DNA of 64,000 nucleotides from Candidatus Kaiserbacteria bacterium (GTDB lineage: Bacteria; Patescibacteriota; Minisyncoccia; Phycocordibacterales; UBA2100). Shown here one piece after another: positions 37,867-46,613 of the stretch. The notes beneath the pieces were generated by a model. That model made no database searches. It had not been told where the DNA came from and saw only the letters and a list, made by a program, of their open reading frames with translations. The stretch is from the NCBI GenBank assembly GCA_963767115.1, contig CAVYCR010000012.1, positions 16,598 through 80,597 of the forward strand, read 5' to 3'. The first letter of the stretch is position 1, and each line of letters opens with the position of its first letter. A program made the position numbers and the translations under genes.

Positions 37867-39066
37867 ATGATACGTCTCAAAGATACAACTTATCAGAAGA
37901 CAAGCGACCTACTTGAGGACGCCGTGCGGATTGCGGAGTATTACGGCTTCGCACCGCTTGAGGAGATCCCGCGCGCACCGCGCGAAGGCAAGCGCGAGGG
38001 AGGCGCCACAGAACCGGATATCAGCTTCGCGCGGCGCGATGAGCGTGCGCTCGCCGCAAGTGCACGACGCACACTCATGTGTATGCGCCCGGCACATGGG
38101 ACACTGCTCGCGTGGCGTCTGAGCAACCCGGGTAGTTCAGTACCTGCAGCATCTTTTGAATTGCACGTAGTAGGCAGTAGCTCAATGATCGCAGAAGCAC
38201 TTCTCATCGTCGTTACGCAAGCGATCGCACGCGGCGCCGGCATTGCCGAGCCCCTGCTCTCCATCAACAACATCGGCGGCGCCGAATCCTCCGGCCGCTA
38301 CGTGCGCGACGTCGGCACTTACTTGCGCAAACACATCGATTCAATCAGCCCGACGCTGCGAGAGCGCGCCTCGAGCGACCCCGTCGGCACGCTCGTGCAG
38401 CTGATCGAGAAGGGGCATCCGGCCGTACCGCGCGCACCGCAAGCAATGGAATATCTCACTGAGGAGGAGCGGCGGCGCTTCTGGGAATTGCTCGAATATC
38501 TCGAGACAGCCAATATCCCGTACGAGCTCAACCCTCAAATTCTCGGCAGCCGCGATTGTTGGTCGCACACACTCTACGAGATCGGCTCCGTCGACCAGGA
38601 GACCGGCACGCGCGTGCCCTTCGCACTCGGCGGCCGCTACGACCCGCTTGCGAGTCGCTTCAAGAAAGGCCCTGAGAAAAGCGCGATGATCGCTATCTCG
38701 ATCGAGGCACGCGGCAAGGTGCGTGCGCGCCGAAGCAGCATCGGTGTACCACTTATCTATTTCACCCAGCTCGGCCCCGAAGCACGACGACGAGCGATCC
38801 CTGTCCTTGAGGTGCTGCGCCAAGCCTCCATCTCAGTGCATCACGGACTTTGGTACGATCGTATGGGCGACCAGATGCTCGAGGCGCGCAATCTCGGCAC
38901 TCCTTATATACTCATCCTCGGCCATAAAGAAGCAGTAGAAGGCACCGTGATCGTGCGCGAAGTCGCCACCAACTCACAACAAGCAGTTCCCGTCGCAGAG
39001 CTTCCTGGCTATCTCAAACGCCGACGAGTCTTTCTCAATGCGCCGCTACAGGCCTCGCGGGGATAA
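37867..39066 (+). CDS. HisRS-like class II aaRS paralog (HisZ-like; motif 2 degenerate)
   Basis: 399 aa, collinear with histidyl-tRNA synthetase from the insertion domain onward (…INNIGG…SGRYVRD…, motif-3-like ALGGRYDPLA, C-terminal anticodon-binding-like …PYILILGHKEAVEGTVIVREV…). The motif-2 region reads LLAWRLSNPGSSVPAASFELH. Confidence 0.5.
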   Translation: MIRLKDTTYQKTSDLLEDAVRIAEYYGFAPLEEIPRAPREGKREGGATEPDISFARRDERALAASARRTLMCMRPAHGTLLAWRLSNPGSSVPAASFELHVVGSSSMIAEALLIVVTQAIARGAGIAEPLLSINNIGGAESSGRYVRDVGTYLRKHIDSISPTLRERASSDPVGTLVQLIEKGHPAVPRAPQAMEYLTEEERRRFWELLEYLETANIPYELNPQILGSRDCWSHTLYEIGSVDQETGTRVPFALGGRYDPLASRFKKGPEKSAMIAISIEARGKVRARRSSIGVPLIYFTQLGPEARRRAIPVLEVLRQASISVHHGLWYDRMGDQMLEARNLGTPYILILGHKEAVEGTVIVREVATNSQQAVPVAELPGYLKRRRVFLNAPLQASRG

Positions 39067-39116
39067 ATGACTAGGCCTTGCCCCTTTATGAAGGGCGTGC
39101 TACACTTCTCCCACCT

Positions 39117-39428
39117 ATGATAAATGCAGAAGTGCAGAAGAGCGGCAGCGAAAATTCCCTTTCGACGATCCGCAAATTCTCCCGCCGTGTGCAGGGCACC
39201 GGCCTTGTGAAGACCACACGCGCCAACCGCTACTACGTCCGCCCCGGCTCCAAGATCGTCAAGAAGAAGCGCGCACTTAAGCTCATTAAGCGCCGCGAGG
39301 ATTACCGCCAGCAGATCAAGGAGGGCAAGATCACGGAGACCCCCAAGCGCGGATATCAAAACCAACAGCAGCAGCCTCGTGAGACCGGTCCGGCTAAGTT
39401 TGGCGAAAGTACTCCGATCGCCCGCTAA
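39117..39428 (+). CDS. rpsU: 30S ribosomal protein S21 (with extended basic/Gln-rich tail)
   Basis: Start at ATG 39117 (MINAEVQKSGSENSLSTIRKFSRRVQGTGLVKTTRANRYYVRPGSKIVKKKRAL…), an S21-like pattern. Confidence 0.6.
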   Translation: MINAEVQKSGSENSLSTIRKFSRRVQGTGLVKTTRANRYYVRPGSKIVKKKRALKLIKRREDYRQQIKEGKITETPKRGYQNQQQQPRETGPAKFGESTPIAR

Positions 39429-39821
39429 ATGCTTGACATAAGAGTCACACTGCGCCGCAAGATGTCGAGAGATGTCTTGCGGCGTATTCCTTTTGCGCGC
39501 ATAGCCGAACATATTTTGGGCCAGAAGTATGAGCTCTCCCTCGTCGTCTGCGGCGACGACCTCGCGCAGCAGATGAACAAGAAATATCGTAAGAAAGAGT
39601 ACAAACCCAACGTGCTCTCCTTCCCACTCGACAAAGATGAAGGCGAGATTTTCCTCAATGTCCGCAAAGCCGAGCGCGAAGCCAAAGAGTACGACGCGAC
39701 ATTCATGGCGCATCTCGCTTATCTCTATGTCCACGGATGTTTTCACCTACGCGGGCTTGATCATGGTGCGCAGATGGAGCGCCTCGAGGAACAAGTAATG
39801 AAACGATTCAAGTTGAAGTAA
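39429..39821 (+). CDS. ybeY: rRNA maturation endoribonuclease YbeY
   Basis: 130 aa with the zinc motif HGCFHLRGLDH. Confidence 0.8.
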   Translation: MLDIRVTLRRKMSRDVLRRIPFARIAEHILGQKYELSLVVCGDDLAQQMNKKYRKKEYKPNVLSFPLDKDEGEIFLNVRKAEREAKEYDATFMAHLAYLYVHGCFHLRGLDHGAQMERLEEQVMKRFKLK

Positions 39822-39824
39822 TTA

Positions 39825-39949
39825 TCGAGACAGATTGCCCCCTGAGAATTCTCGCAGCCGAGGACTCGAACCCGCAGACCGCGAAGCGGGCGTGAGGGCG
39901 CTTGCGTCCCGCAGGCAAGAGAATTCTCAGGGGGCAATCTGCCTCGATT
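39825..39949. repeat. long inverted-repeat element filling the ybeY-ftsA spacer (30-bp arms, 1 mismatch)
   Basis: ATCGAGACAGATTGCCCCCTGAGAATTCTC (39825-39854) pairs with 39920-39949. The core contains CAGCCGAGGACTCGAACCC, a module shared with the tRNA-trailer repeats. Confidence 0.8.
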
Positions 39950-40038
39950 ATCCACGGTTTTTTTTGAATACGTGGCGTAATGCCGTACAATGCTTCATAA
40001 GAACCGCAAGTTCTTGTTTGAGTGCGGTGCTTTTAAGT

Positions 40039-41214
40039 ATGGCCAAAGGGAAAATTTACACTGGAATAGATATCGGCACGTATCACGTCAAGGTCGTGAT
40101 CGCAAGCGCACCAGAGCGTCCCGATGTACCGATGCAAATACTTGGCACCGGCACTGCCTCGAGCAAAGGCATGCGGCACGGTTACATCATCGACCAAGCC
40201 GAGGCAAGCCGTTCGATCCGCGAAGCTCTGATGCGCGCGCAGGGCGCCGCAAAAGTCTCGGTGAAGAGCGCGCGTGTATCCGTCGGCGGAGTTTCTCTGG
40301 ACGAGGTGCGCTCGACCGGGGACATCTCACTGACTGCTTCGGGTGGCATCGTGACAGAGCGTGAAATAGCACGGGTCAAGAACGAAGCCGAGAAGCGCGC
40401 TTCAAGCAAGCTTGCCAACCGCACCGTCATTCACGTGATCCCGATCGAGTACCGTCTCGACGGCCAGAAGATCCTCGGCACGCCGGAGGGCATGCAAGGT
40501 ACGAAGCTCTCCCTCGATACACTCCTGGTCACTATGCTCAGCCAGCACCACGACGATCTCATCGCCGCTGTCGAGAAAACCGGCGTCGAAGTCGAAGATG
40601 TGATGGCTTCCCCGCTTGCCGCGAGCCTCGTCACCCTTACCAAAGCGCAGAAGACCGCGGGCGTCGTCCTTGCAAACATCGGCGCGGAGACACTCTCGAT
40701 CATTGTTTTCGACAACGACATCCCGATCTCCTTGAAGATGTTCCCGGTCGGCAGTAGCGACATTACCAACACGATCGCACTTTCCTTCCAGATACCACTC
40801 TCGGAAGCAGAACAAATGAAACGAGGCGCGGTCACCGGCTCCGACATTCCGCAGAAGAAAATGCAGACGATCGTAAGCAACCGGCTGAAGGATATGTTTG
40901 AACTCGTGAATGCGCATCTCAAATCGATCGGCCGGGCACGACTTCTCCCTGCAGGTATCGTGATCACGGGCGGTGGCAGCGGCCTTATGAATGCATCAGA
41001 TGTCGCACGTGCCGTACTGAAGCTGCCTTCACAGATCGGCCACGTAGGATTCATGACACGCACGTCTTCTGTTGACGCTACGTGGGCCGTAGCATATGGA
41101 CTCTGTCGTTGGGGTTTTGCCGATGATATGTCAGGCCCCACACATTCGATGCTCGATGTCGTTGGAAGTGCTTGGGATGCACTCAAACAAACACTTCGAT
41201 CTCTGCTCCCATAG
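40039..41214 (+). CDS. ftsA: cell division protein FtsA
   Basis: Start at ATG 40039 (MAKGKIYTGIDIGTYHVKVVIA…). Actin-like ATPase motifs; …AGIVITGGGSGL… The ORF-track extension upstream runs through the inverted repeat. Confidence 0.85.
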   Translation: MAKGKIYTGIDIGTYHVKVVIASAPERPDVPMQILGTGTASSKGMRHGYIIDQAEASRSIREALMRAQGAAKVSVKSARVSVGGVSLDEVRSTGDISLTASGGIVTEREIARVKNEAEKRASSKLANRTVIHVIPIEYRLDGQKILGTPEGMQGTKLSLDTLLVTMLSQHHDDLIAAVEKTGVEVEDVMASPLAASLVTLTKAQKTAGVVLANIGAETLSIIVFDNDIPISLKMFPVGSSDITNTIALSFQIPLSEAEQMKRGAVTGSDIPQKKMQTIVSNRLKDMFELVNAHLKSIGRARLLPAGIVITGGGSGLMNASDVARAVLKLPSQIGHVGFMTRTSSVDATWAVAYGLCRWGFADDMSGPTHSMLDVVGSAWDALKQTLRSLLP

Positions 41215-41227
41215 ATCAAAAATACGG

Positions 41228-41347
41228 GAGACATATCGGGCCACGCAGTATTTTGCCGGCTACGCAGGCGCGACGGCGCCGAGTCCGAGCGCTGGGTCAG
41301 CAGACCCAGATAGCGACGGCAAAATACTGCGTGGCCCGATATGTCTC
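41228..41347. repeat. long inverted-repeat element in the ftsA-ftsZ spacer (perfect 31-bp arms)
   Basis: GAGACATATCGGGCCACGCAGTATTTTGCCG (41228-41258) and its exact complement (41317-41347). Core: GCTACGCAGGCGCGACGGCGCCGAGTCCGAGCGCTGG-GTCAGCAGAC-CCAGATAGCGA. Confidence 0.85.
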
Positions 41348-41439
41348 TATTGTTATAGATATGAAGTGCATTTTTGAATGCGACGCCTATACTTCGGTGT
41401 CAAGTTTGCTTTTCGAAAAATCTGCTATGATGTCGACAT

Positions 41440-42698
41440 ATGAAGCAAGTTAAGTCCGACGTCGAATCATTTGCTCGAATCCGCGTCATGGGCGTCGGCG
41501 GCTCCGGCGGCAACGCCGTCAACCACATGGTCGCACGCACGTCCAGGGCGTCGAATTCATCGCGGTCAACACCGACGCGCAAGACCTCCACAAGTGCAAG
41601 GCGCCAAGAAGAAGATCCACATCGGCAAGACCCTCACCCGCGGCCTCGGCACGGGCATGAACCCGGACCTCGGCAAGCAAGCCGCGGAAGAGACGCGCGA
41701 GGAGATCCAGGAAGCGATCAAAGGCTCCGACATGGTGTTCATCACCTGCGGCATGGGCGGCGGCACCGGCACCGGCGCTGCACCGGTCGTCGCGAAGATC
41801 GCGCGCGAGCTCGGCGCACTCACCGTCGGCGTCGTGACAAGGCCGTTCGTCTTCGAAGGCGCACAGCGCCTGCGCCTCGCCGAGCAAGGCCTCGCAGAGC
41901 TTCAAGAAGGCAGTCGACGCGCTCATCATGATCCCCAACGACAAGCTTCTCCAGATCGTCTCTCGCGACACTGGCATCAAGAACGCCTTCGCGATGTGCG
42001 ACGACATCCTGAAGCAAGCAGTCGAGGGTATCTCCGACCTCATCACCACGACCGGCATCATCAACGTCGACTTCGCCGACGTCCGCGCGATCATGCAAAA
42101 CGCTGGCTCCGCGCTCATGGGCATCGGCATCGCAATCGGCGAGAAGCGTGCCGAGAACGCCGCACGCGCCGCTATCAACTCCCCGCTTCTCGAAGTCTCG
42201 ATCCACGGTGCCAAGGGCGTGCTCTTCTCGATCGCCGGCGGCGACGACCTCGGTATGCTCGAAGTGCAGGATGCGGCCAACGTCATCACCGAGGCGATCG
42301 ATCCGGACGCAAAGGTCATCTTCGGCGCCGTCACCGACGAGACCCTCAAGAAAGGTCAGGTCCGCGTCACCGTCATCGCCACCGGCTTCCCCGAGACAAG
42401 CCAATTGACGCAACAACAGCGACCTGTGAGTACTCCGAGCGCGCCAGCAAGCGTATTTTCCAGCTCACAACGCTTCAGTGCCAAGAAGGATCAGGATGTA
42501 CCACCCGCACGCGCCGAGCGCGAGTCAAAAGAACCCAGGAAGATCATCGATGCGGGCGTTGATCGACCCGAGAAAGACAAGTCAGTCAAAGAGATCAAGA
42601 TTGCGCCGGCAGAGCCGACGCATGATGCGACATCACAAAGCGATGAGGATTCTGATGATGCATGGGGTGGCCTGCCTTCGTTCCTGCGCAGAAAGTAA
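41440..42698 (+). pseudogene. ftsZ: cell division GTPase FtsZ with three apparent frameshifts
   Basis: Frame 1: [32 protein letters not shown]. Frame 2: …[21 protein letters not shown]…[16 protein letters not shown]…. Frame 3: …[12 protein letters not shown]…[10 protein letters not shown]…. Breaks are near 41540, 41605 and 41905. The first two look like single-base losses in short A runs. Confidence 0.85.
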
Positions 42699-42799
42699 AT
42701 AGCTTTCAGGTTCTAGTTGTCAGCTTTCAGCACACATCGTGCAAATGCGGTATACTACGCGCATTATTACTGAAAGCTGAAACCTGACACCTGAAAGTT

Positions 42800-43722
42800 A
42801 TGTATGATCTGATTATCGTGGGCGGCGGACCAGCAGGGACAAGTGCGGCAGTGTACGCCGCACGCAAGCGTCTCAAGACACTCTTCATTACTTCTGAGTG
42901 GGGCGGTCAGAGCACTGTCTCGACAGAGATCCAAAACTGGATCGGATCTACAGCAATCTCCGGTGCCGATCTCGGCAAGCGATTGCGCGAGCACGTGGAG
43001 AAATACGCAGGCGACGCACTCACTATCCACTCGGGCACAACTGCCGAGACACTCGTCTTGCATGACGACATGGTCGAGGTAAAGACTGCAGACGACACAA
43101 GCTATCAGGGCCGCACGCTTCTCGTAGCCTCGGGCGCAAGCCGCCGCAAGTTGGAGTGCCCGGCGCCCTAGAGTTCGACCAGAAAGGTCTCACCTACTGT
43201 GCGAGCTGCGACGGCCCGCTTTTTGCAGGAGCTGATGTCGCGGTCATCGGCGGCGGAAACGCTGCCTTCGAGACCGCGCTCCAGTTGCTGGCGTATTGCA
43301 AGAGTGTCACGCTCGTCAATCGCACTGAGACCTTCCGCGCCGACGAGATCACCGTTGCTGCCGCGACCGCACACGAAAACATGCGCATCATCACCAATGC
43401 AGAAATCCTCGCTGTGGAGGGCGAAAAGTTCGTCTCCGGGATCCGCTACAAAGATGGAAAGACGAACTCAGAGATTGCACTTCCCGTTACCGGCGTCTTC
43501 GTCGAGATCGGCCTTCTGCCCAACACGGGATGGATCGGTACCTCGCTTGAGAAGAATCCAATCGGTCAGATCAAGGTCGACCCACGCACGCAGAAAGCAT
43601 CGCATGCGCGCGTTTGGGCCGCAGGAGATTGCACCGACGGTCTCTACCATCAGAACAACATCGCCGCCGGCGACGCTGTGAAGGCACTTGAGGATATTTA
43701 CTTGTTTGTACACAAGGGATAA
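42800..43722 (+). pseudogene. trxB: thioredoxin-disulfide reductase with one apparent -1 frameshift near 43150
   Basis: N-terminal half 42800..43171 (IIVGGGPAGTSAAVYAAR…) and C-terminal half 43156..43722 (…YCASCDGPLF…VIGGGNAAFE…AAGDC…). The junction ttGGAGtgccc is consistent with loss of one G. Length 923 nt. Confidence 0.85.
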
Positions 43723-43730
43723 GAAGTGCG

Positions 43731-43938
43731 GGCACATTCGCAGCCACAGGGTTTTGCGAACATGCCGCAATAGCTTGCGTAACGACCCCTAAAATAAAAG
43801 CGCCTTGCTAGGCGTTTTTATTTTCCCCTACCGTATGATGTGGGGATGTGATATCTGCTGCGCGAGGTTCGCAAAACCCTGTGGCTGCGAATGTGCCGAG
43901 GCGTGAGTAGGTATTCATATTTGCGAACCTCGCGCAGC
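43731..43938. repeat. long inverted-repeat element downstream of trxB with a second, overlapping inverted repeat
   Basis: Perfect 31-bp arms GGCACATTCGCAGCCACAGGGTTTTGCGAAC (43731-43761) and 43867-43897. Inner hairpin AAAAGCGCC-ttgctag-GGCGTTTTT. A second pair, 43857-43875 and 43920-43938 (GCTGCGCGAGGTTCGCAAA), shares the GTTCGCAAA segment. Confidence 0.8.
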
Positions 43939-44034
43939 ACACTCTCCATCAATGATCAGTACTGTAGTGGATGTAGATGATACATTATTAATCAGTAACA
44001 GTTCGCAAACACTGATACTCTTCGCGCCCTCAAT

Positions 44035-45167
44035 TCAAAACACATCAGTAATGGGTGAGCCCAAGCCAGTCACATAATCATAATGCGCTCGCGCGCTGCA
44101 GAGATAACCGCAAGCGCCGTTGGTACCGCTCATGATGTCCCTGAAGTAGTCGCTCGCGTTTGCCGAGAGCTTGTCCGAATAGAGGTTCTTGAGGCTGATG
44201 CCTTTGCCGAGTGCCGTGATCGCTGCCCATTGCGGCGAACCGGCCGAGGTCCCGCCGACTTCCTCCCATTTGCCCGCGTGATAAATCGGGAAACCTGATG
44301 GACGGATCAGCATCATAAGAGACATCGGGGATCGCGCGCATACCGCCGGATTTGGGTATCTCGTATGAGGATTGGAAACGTCGGTTCTTTTTCGTACGCC
44401 GAGACGCCACCTCCCGAGCCGGCCCATGCCGTTTCTTTGGCGAACGATCCGTCTGGCCTCGTCATAAGAGATGTGCCGCCGACCCCAATGACATCCGGTG
44501 AGCTCGCCGGCCAGCTGGCGCCCGCACCGTTGTCGCCGGAAGAAGCAAAGAATACAGCGCCGTATTTCGAGACAAAATGCGAATCGAGCGAAGTCTCTTC
44601 GGGGAATTCCGCGCCTCCCCAGCTCATCGAGATCGCGACGACGTCGCTGCGGCTTGTCGCATAATCGACTGCGGCGAGCAGGTTGGCGCCGCTCTGAGTC
44701 TTCGCTTCGACCAAGAGGATCTTGGCGCTTGGCGCGATCGCATGCGCCCATTCGATATCGAGCGAGGTCTCGGTGTCCCAGCCGCTATTGTCGCTTCTCG
44801 CTCGCACTCATCAGATGCTGTTCGAAGCAGCCATCGGCTTTGGTGCATGCGGGCAGCCCAAACTGCTTGCTAAAAGCCGCAAGATCGGCTTCCGCGCTCT
44901 TGTCATCGTAAGCGCCGATGATCGCGATCGTGCCTTTGCCGCCGCTTGACGGAAGATTATAGAGAGCTTTTTGATCTCGGTCGGCGTCATACCGACCGGC
45001 ACCTTGGTCTTCGCATAGACATGTATCGGCGGCGTACCTTTGTAATTGGAGAAATGATATGCAGCTTCAGCGGTATGCGGCATGAGCGCCATACATATAC
45101 ACGCGATCACTCCGGCAAATACCGTTGTACTAATGTCTAGTCTCCAAAATAATGACCCCATATACAA
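44035..45167 (-). pseudogene. stand-alone S53 (sedolisin-like) peptidase, paralog of the N-terminal domain of 19264..22848, frame broken at least four times
   Basis: Signal peptide + …MTPTEIKKL | YNLPSSGGKGTIAIIGAYDD… | …SGWDTETSLDIEWAHAIAPSAKILLVEA…SSGDNGAG…GVGGTS… | …MRAIPDVSYDADP… | …VGGTSAGSPQWAAITAL…GLGSPITDVF lie in different minus frames. Confidence 0.8.
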
Positions 45168-45220
45168 GATACGGTATCAGCGCCAAGGCAAAAGCCTCCG
45201 ACTTATCCCCTTTTCCATTA

Positions 45221-45237
45221 CAGAGGTCAGACCTCTG
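45221..45237. repeat. REP-like palindrome CAGAGGTCAGACCTCTG (identical copy inside tsaD at 60523-60539)
   Basis: Perfect 8-bp stem. Same GAGGT-nnn-ACCTC design as the REP copies flanking transposase cassette 2. Confidence 0.6.
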
Positions 45238-45307
45238 CAAGATAACTCTCTAGAAAGAGCCCCTAACCCCTAGTTGTCATTTTGGGGATCTGCGTTAGCA
45301 TACAGCG

Positions 45308-46090
45308 ATGAGAAACGATCAAACGACCCAGCTGTGGATCGCCGGCGGATTCATCGTGCTGGTCATTATTATCACTATTATTGCGGCCGTTGTATCTGCT
45401 CATCAGAGCACCACAGCCGCGAGCTTCGACGCGACCAAAACCTCGGCGATCACTTCGACCGACCATCAACACGGCGACGGAAGTGCCAAAGTCACCCTGA
45501 TCGAATATGGCGACTTCGAATGTCCTGCCTGCGGCGCCTACGAGCCTCTGGTAGAGCAGCTCTATCAGCAGTACGGCAACCAAGTACTCTTCGTCTTCCG
45601 CAACTTCCCGCTCTACCAGATCCATCCCTTCGCTATGATCGCAGCTCAAGCCGCTGAGGCGGCCAACCTGCAAGGCAAATATTGGGAAATGCATGATCTC
45701 TTGTACAAGGACCAGAGTCAGTGGACTGCCGACACGACACTCTCCACCGACACTGTCGTATCCAAATACTTCGACCAATACGCCCAGCAGCTCGGCCTCA
45801 ACGTGACGCAGTTCAACACAGACATCAACTCTGCGGCGGTCAAAAGTAAGGTGCAGGCCGACCTCGCGCTCGGCAACGCCGCGCAGATCGATCACACGCC
45901 GACTTTCTTCATCAACCTTACACAGATCCAGAACCCCGGCAGTTATCAAGATTTCGTGAAAGTACTCGACGCCGCGATCGCATCATCGACTGGTTCTGCA
46001 GCCGTACCGCAAACGTCTAGCTCTTCGGCACCTTCTCTCAACGGCGCCACGAGTTCAAGTGCCTCATCGCGAACAAGCACCGCCAAATAA
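45308..46090 (+). CDS. DsbA-family thiol:disulfide oxidoreductase, membrane-anchored
   Basis: 260 aa. TM anchor, thioredoxin fold with active site FECPACG, …FRNFPL…, and a Ser-rich C-terminal tail. Confidence 0.75.
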   Translation: MRNDQTTQLWIAGGFIVLVIIITIIAAVVSAHQSTTAASFDATKTSAITSTDHQHGDGSAKVTLIEYGDFECPACGAYEPLVEQLYQQYGNQVLFVFRNFPLYQIHPFAMIAAQAAEAANLQGKYWEMHDLLYKDQSQWTADTTLSTDTVVSKYFDQYAQQLGLNVTQFNTDINSAAVKSKVQADLALGNAAQIDHTPTFFINLTQIQNPGSYQDFVKVLDAAIASSTGSAAVPQTSSSSAPSLNGATSSSASSRTSTAK

Positions 46091-46091
46091 T

Positions 46092-46610
46092 ATGATCATC
46101 CTGATGGCCGTGGGGACCGTTCTACTCGGCGTCGCAATCATCGTGAGTATACTTGCACTCTTCAATGCTCGGTGGCGCGTACAGGTCCGCAGTTTGTGCA
46201 GACAATACGGTATCCTCGCACTTTTCCTTCTTTCGGGCGTCTCGATCGCCGGTTCGCTGTATCTACAGTACGGCGTCAACCTCAACCCCTGCCTCTTCTG
46301 TTGGTGGCAACGCATCTGCATGTACCCGGTCGCGCTCATCGCGCTTGTAGCGCTCGTCAAAGGCCGCAGACTCTCAGACATCGCCGACTACGTGCTCTCG
46401 CTCTCGGTAATTGGCACAGTAATCGCGCTCTATCAGTCGCTCCTACAAATGCTTCCGAGCGGCTCCTTGATCCCTTGTGACGCAGCAGACGACTGCGCCG
46501 TGCGGAGCGTCTTGGAATTCGGATTTGTCACACTACCCTTGATGGCAGCAGTCGTCTTCATAGCGCTCGCGCTCGTCGCCTTGCTCGGGCGCCAAGAATA
46601 TTCTGAATAA
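46092..46610 (+). CDS. disulfide bond formation protein B (DsbB/BdbC family)
   Basis: Start at ATG 46092 (MIILMAVGT…). Four TM helices, CLFCWWQR motif and a second Cys pair (PCDAADDC). Confidence 0.7.
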   Translation: MIILMAVGTVLLGVAIIVSILALFNARWRVQVRSLCRQYGILALFLLSGVSIAGSLYLQYGVNLNPCLFCWWQRICMYPVALIALVALVKGRRLSDIADYVLSLSVIGTVIALYQSLLQMLPSGSLIPCDAADDCAVRSVLEFGFVTLPLMAAVVFIALALVALLGRQEYSE

Positions 46611-46613
46611 CCT

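Noticed and set aside
39855-39919. tRNA-like string GCAGCCGAGGACTCGAACCCGCAGACC in the core of the ybeY-ftsA element (possible tRNA or pseudo-tRNA on the minus strand)
   Set aside because: Only a T-loop-like GGTTCGAGTCC is present. The flanking bases do not form a T-stem, acceptor stem or anticodon arm.
45263-45949. 228-aa minus-strand ORF
   Set aside because: It is antisense to the well-supported DsbA-family gene (CPAC active site) and has no recognisable features.
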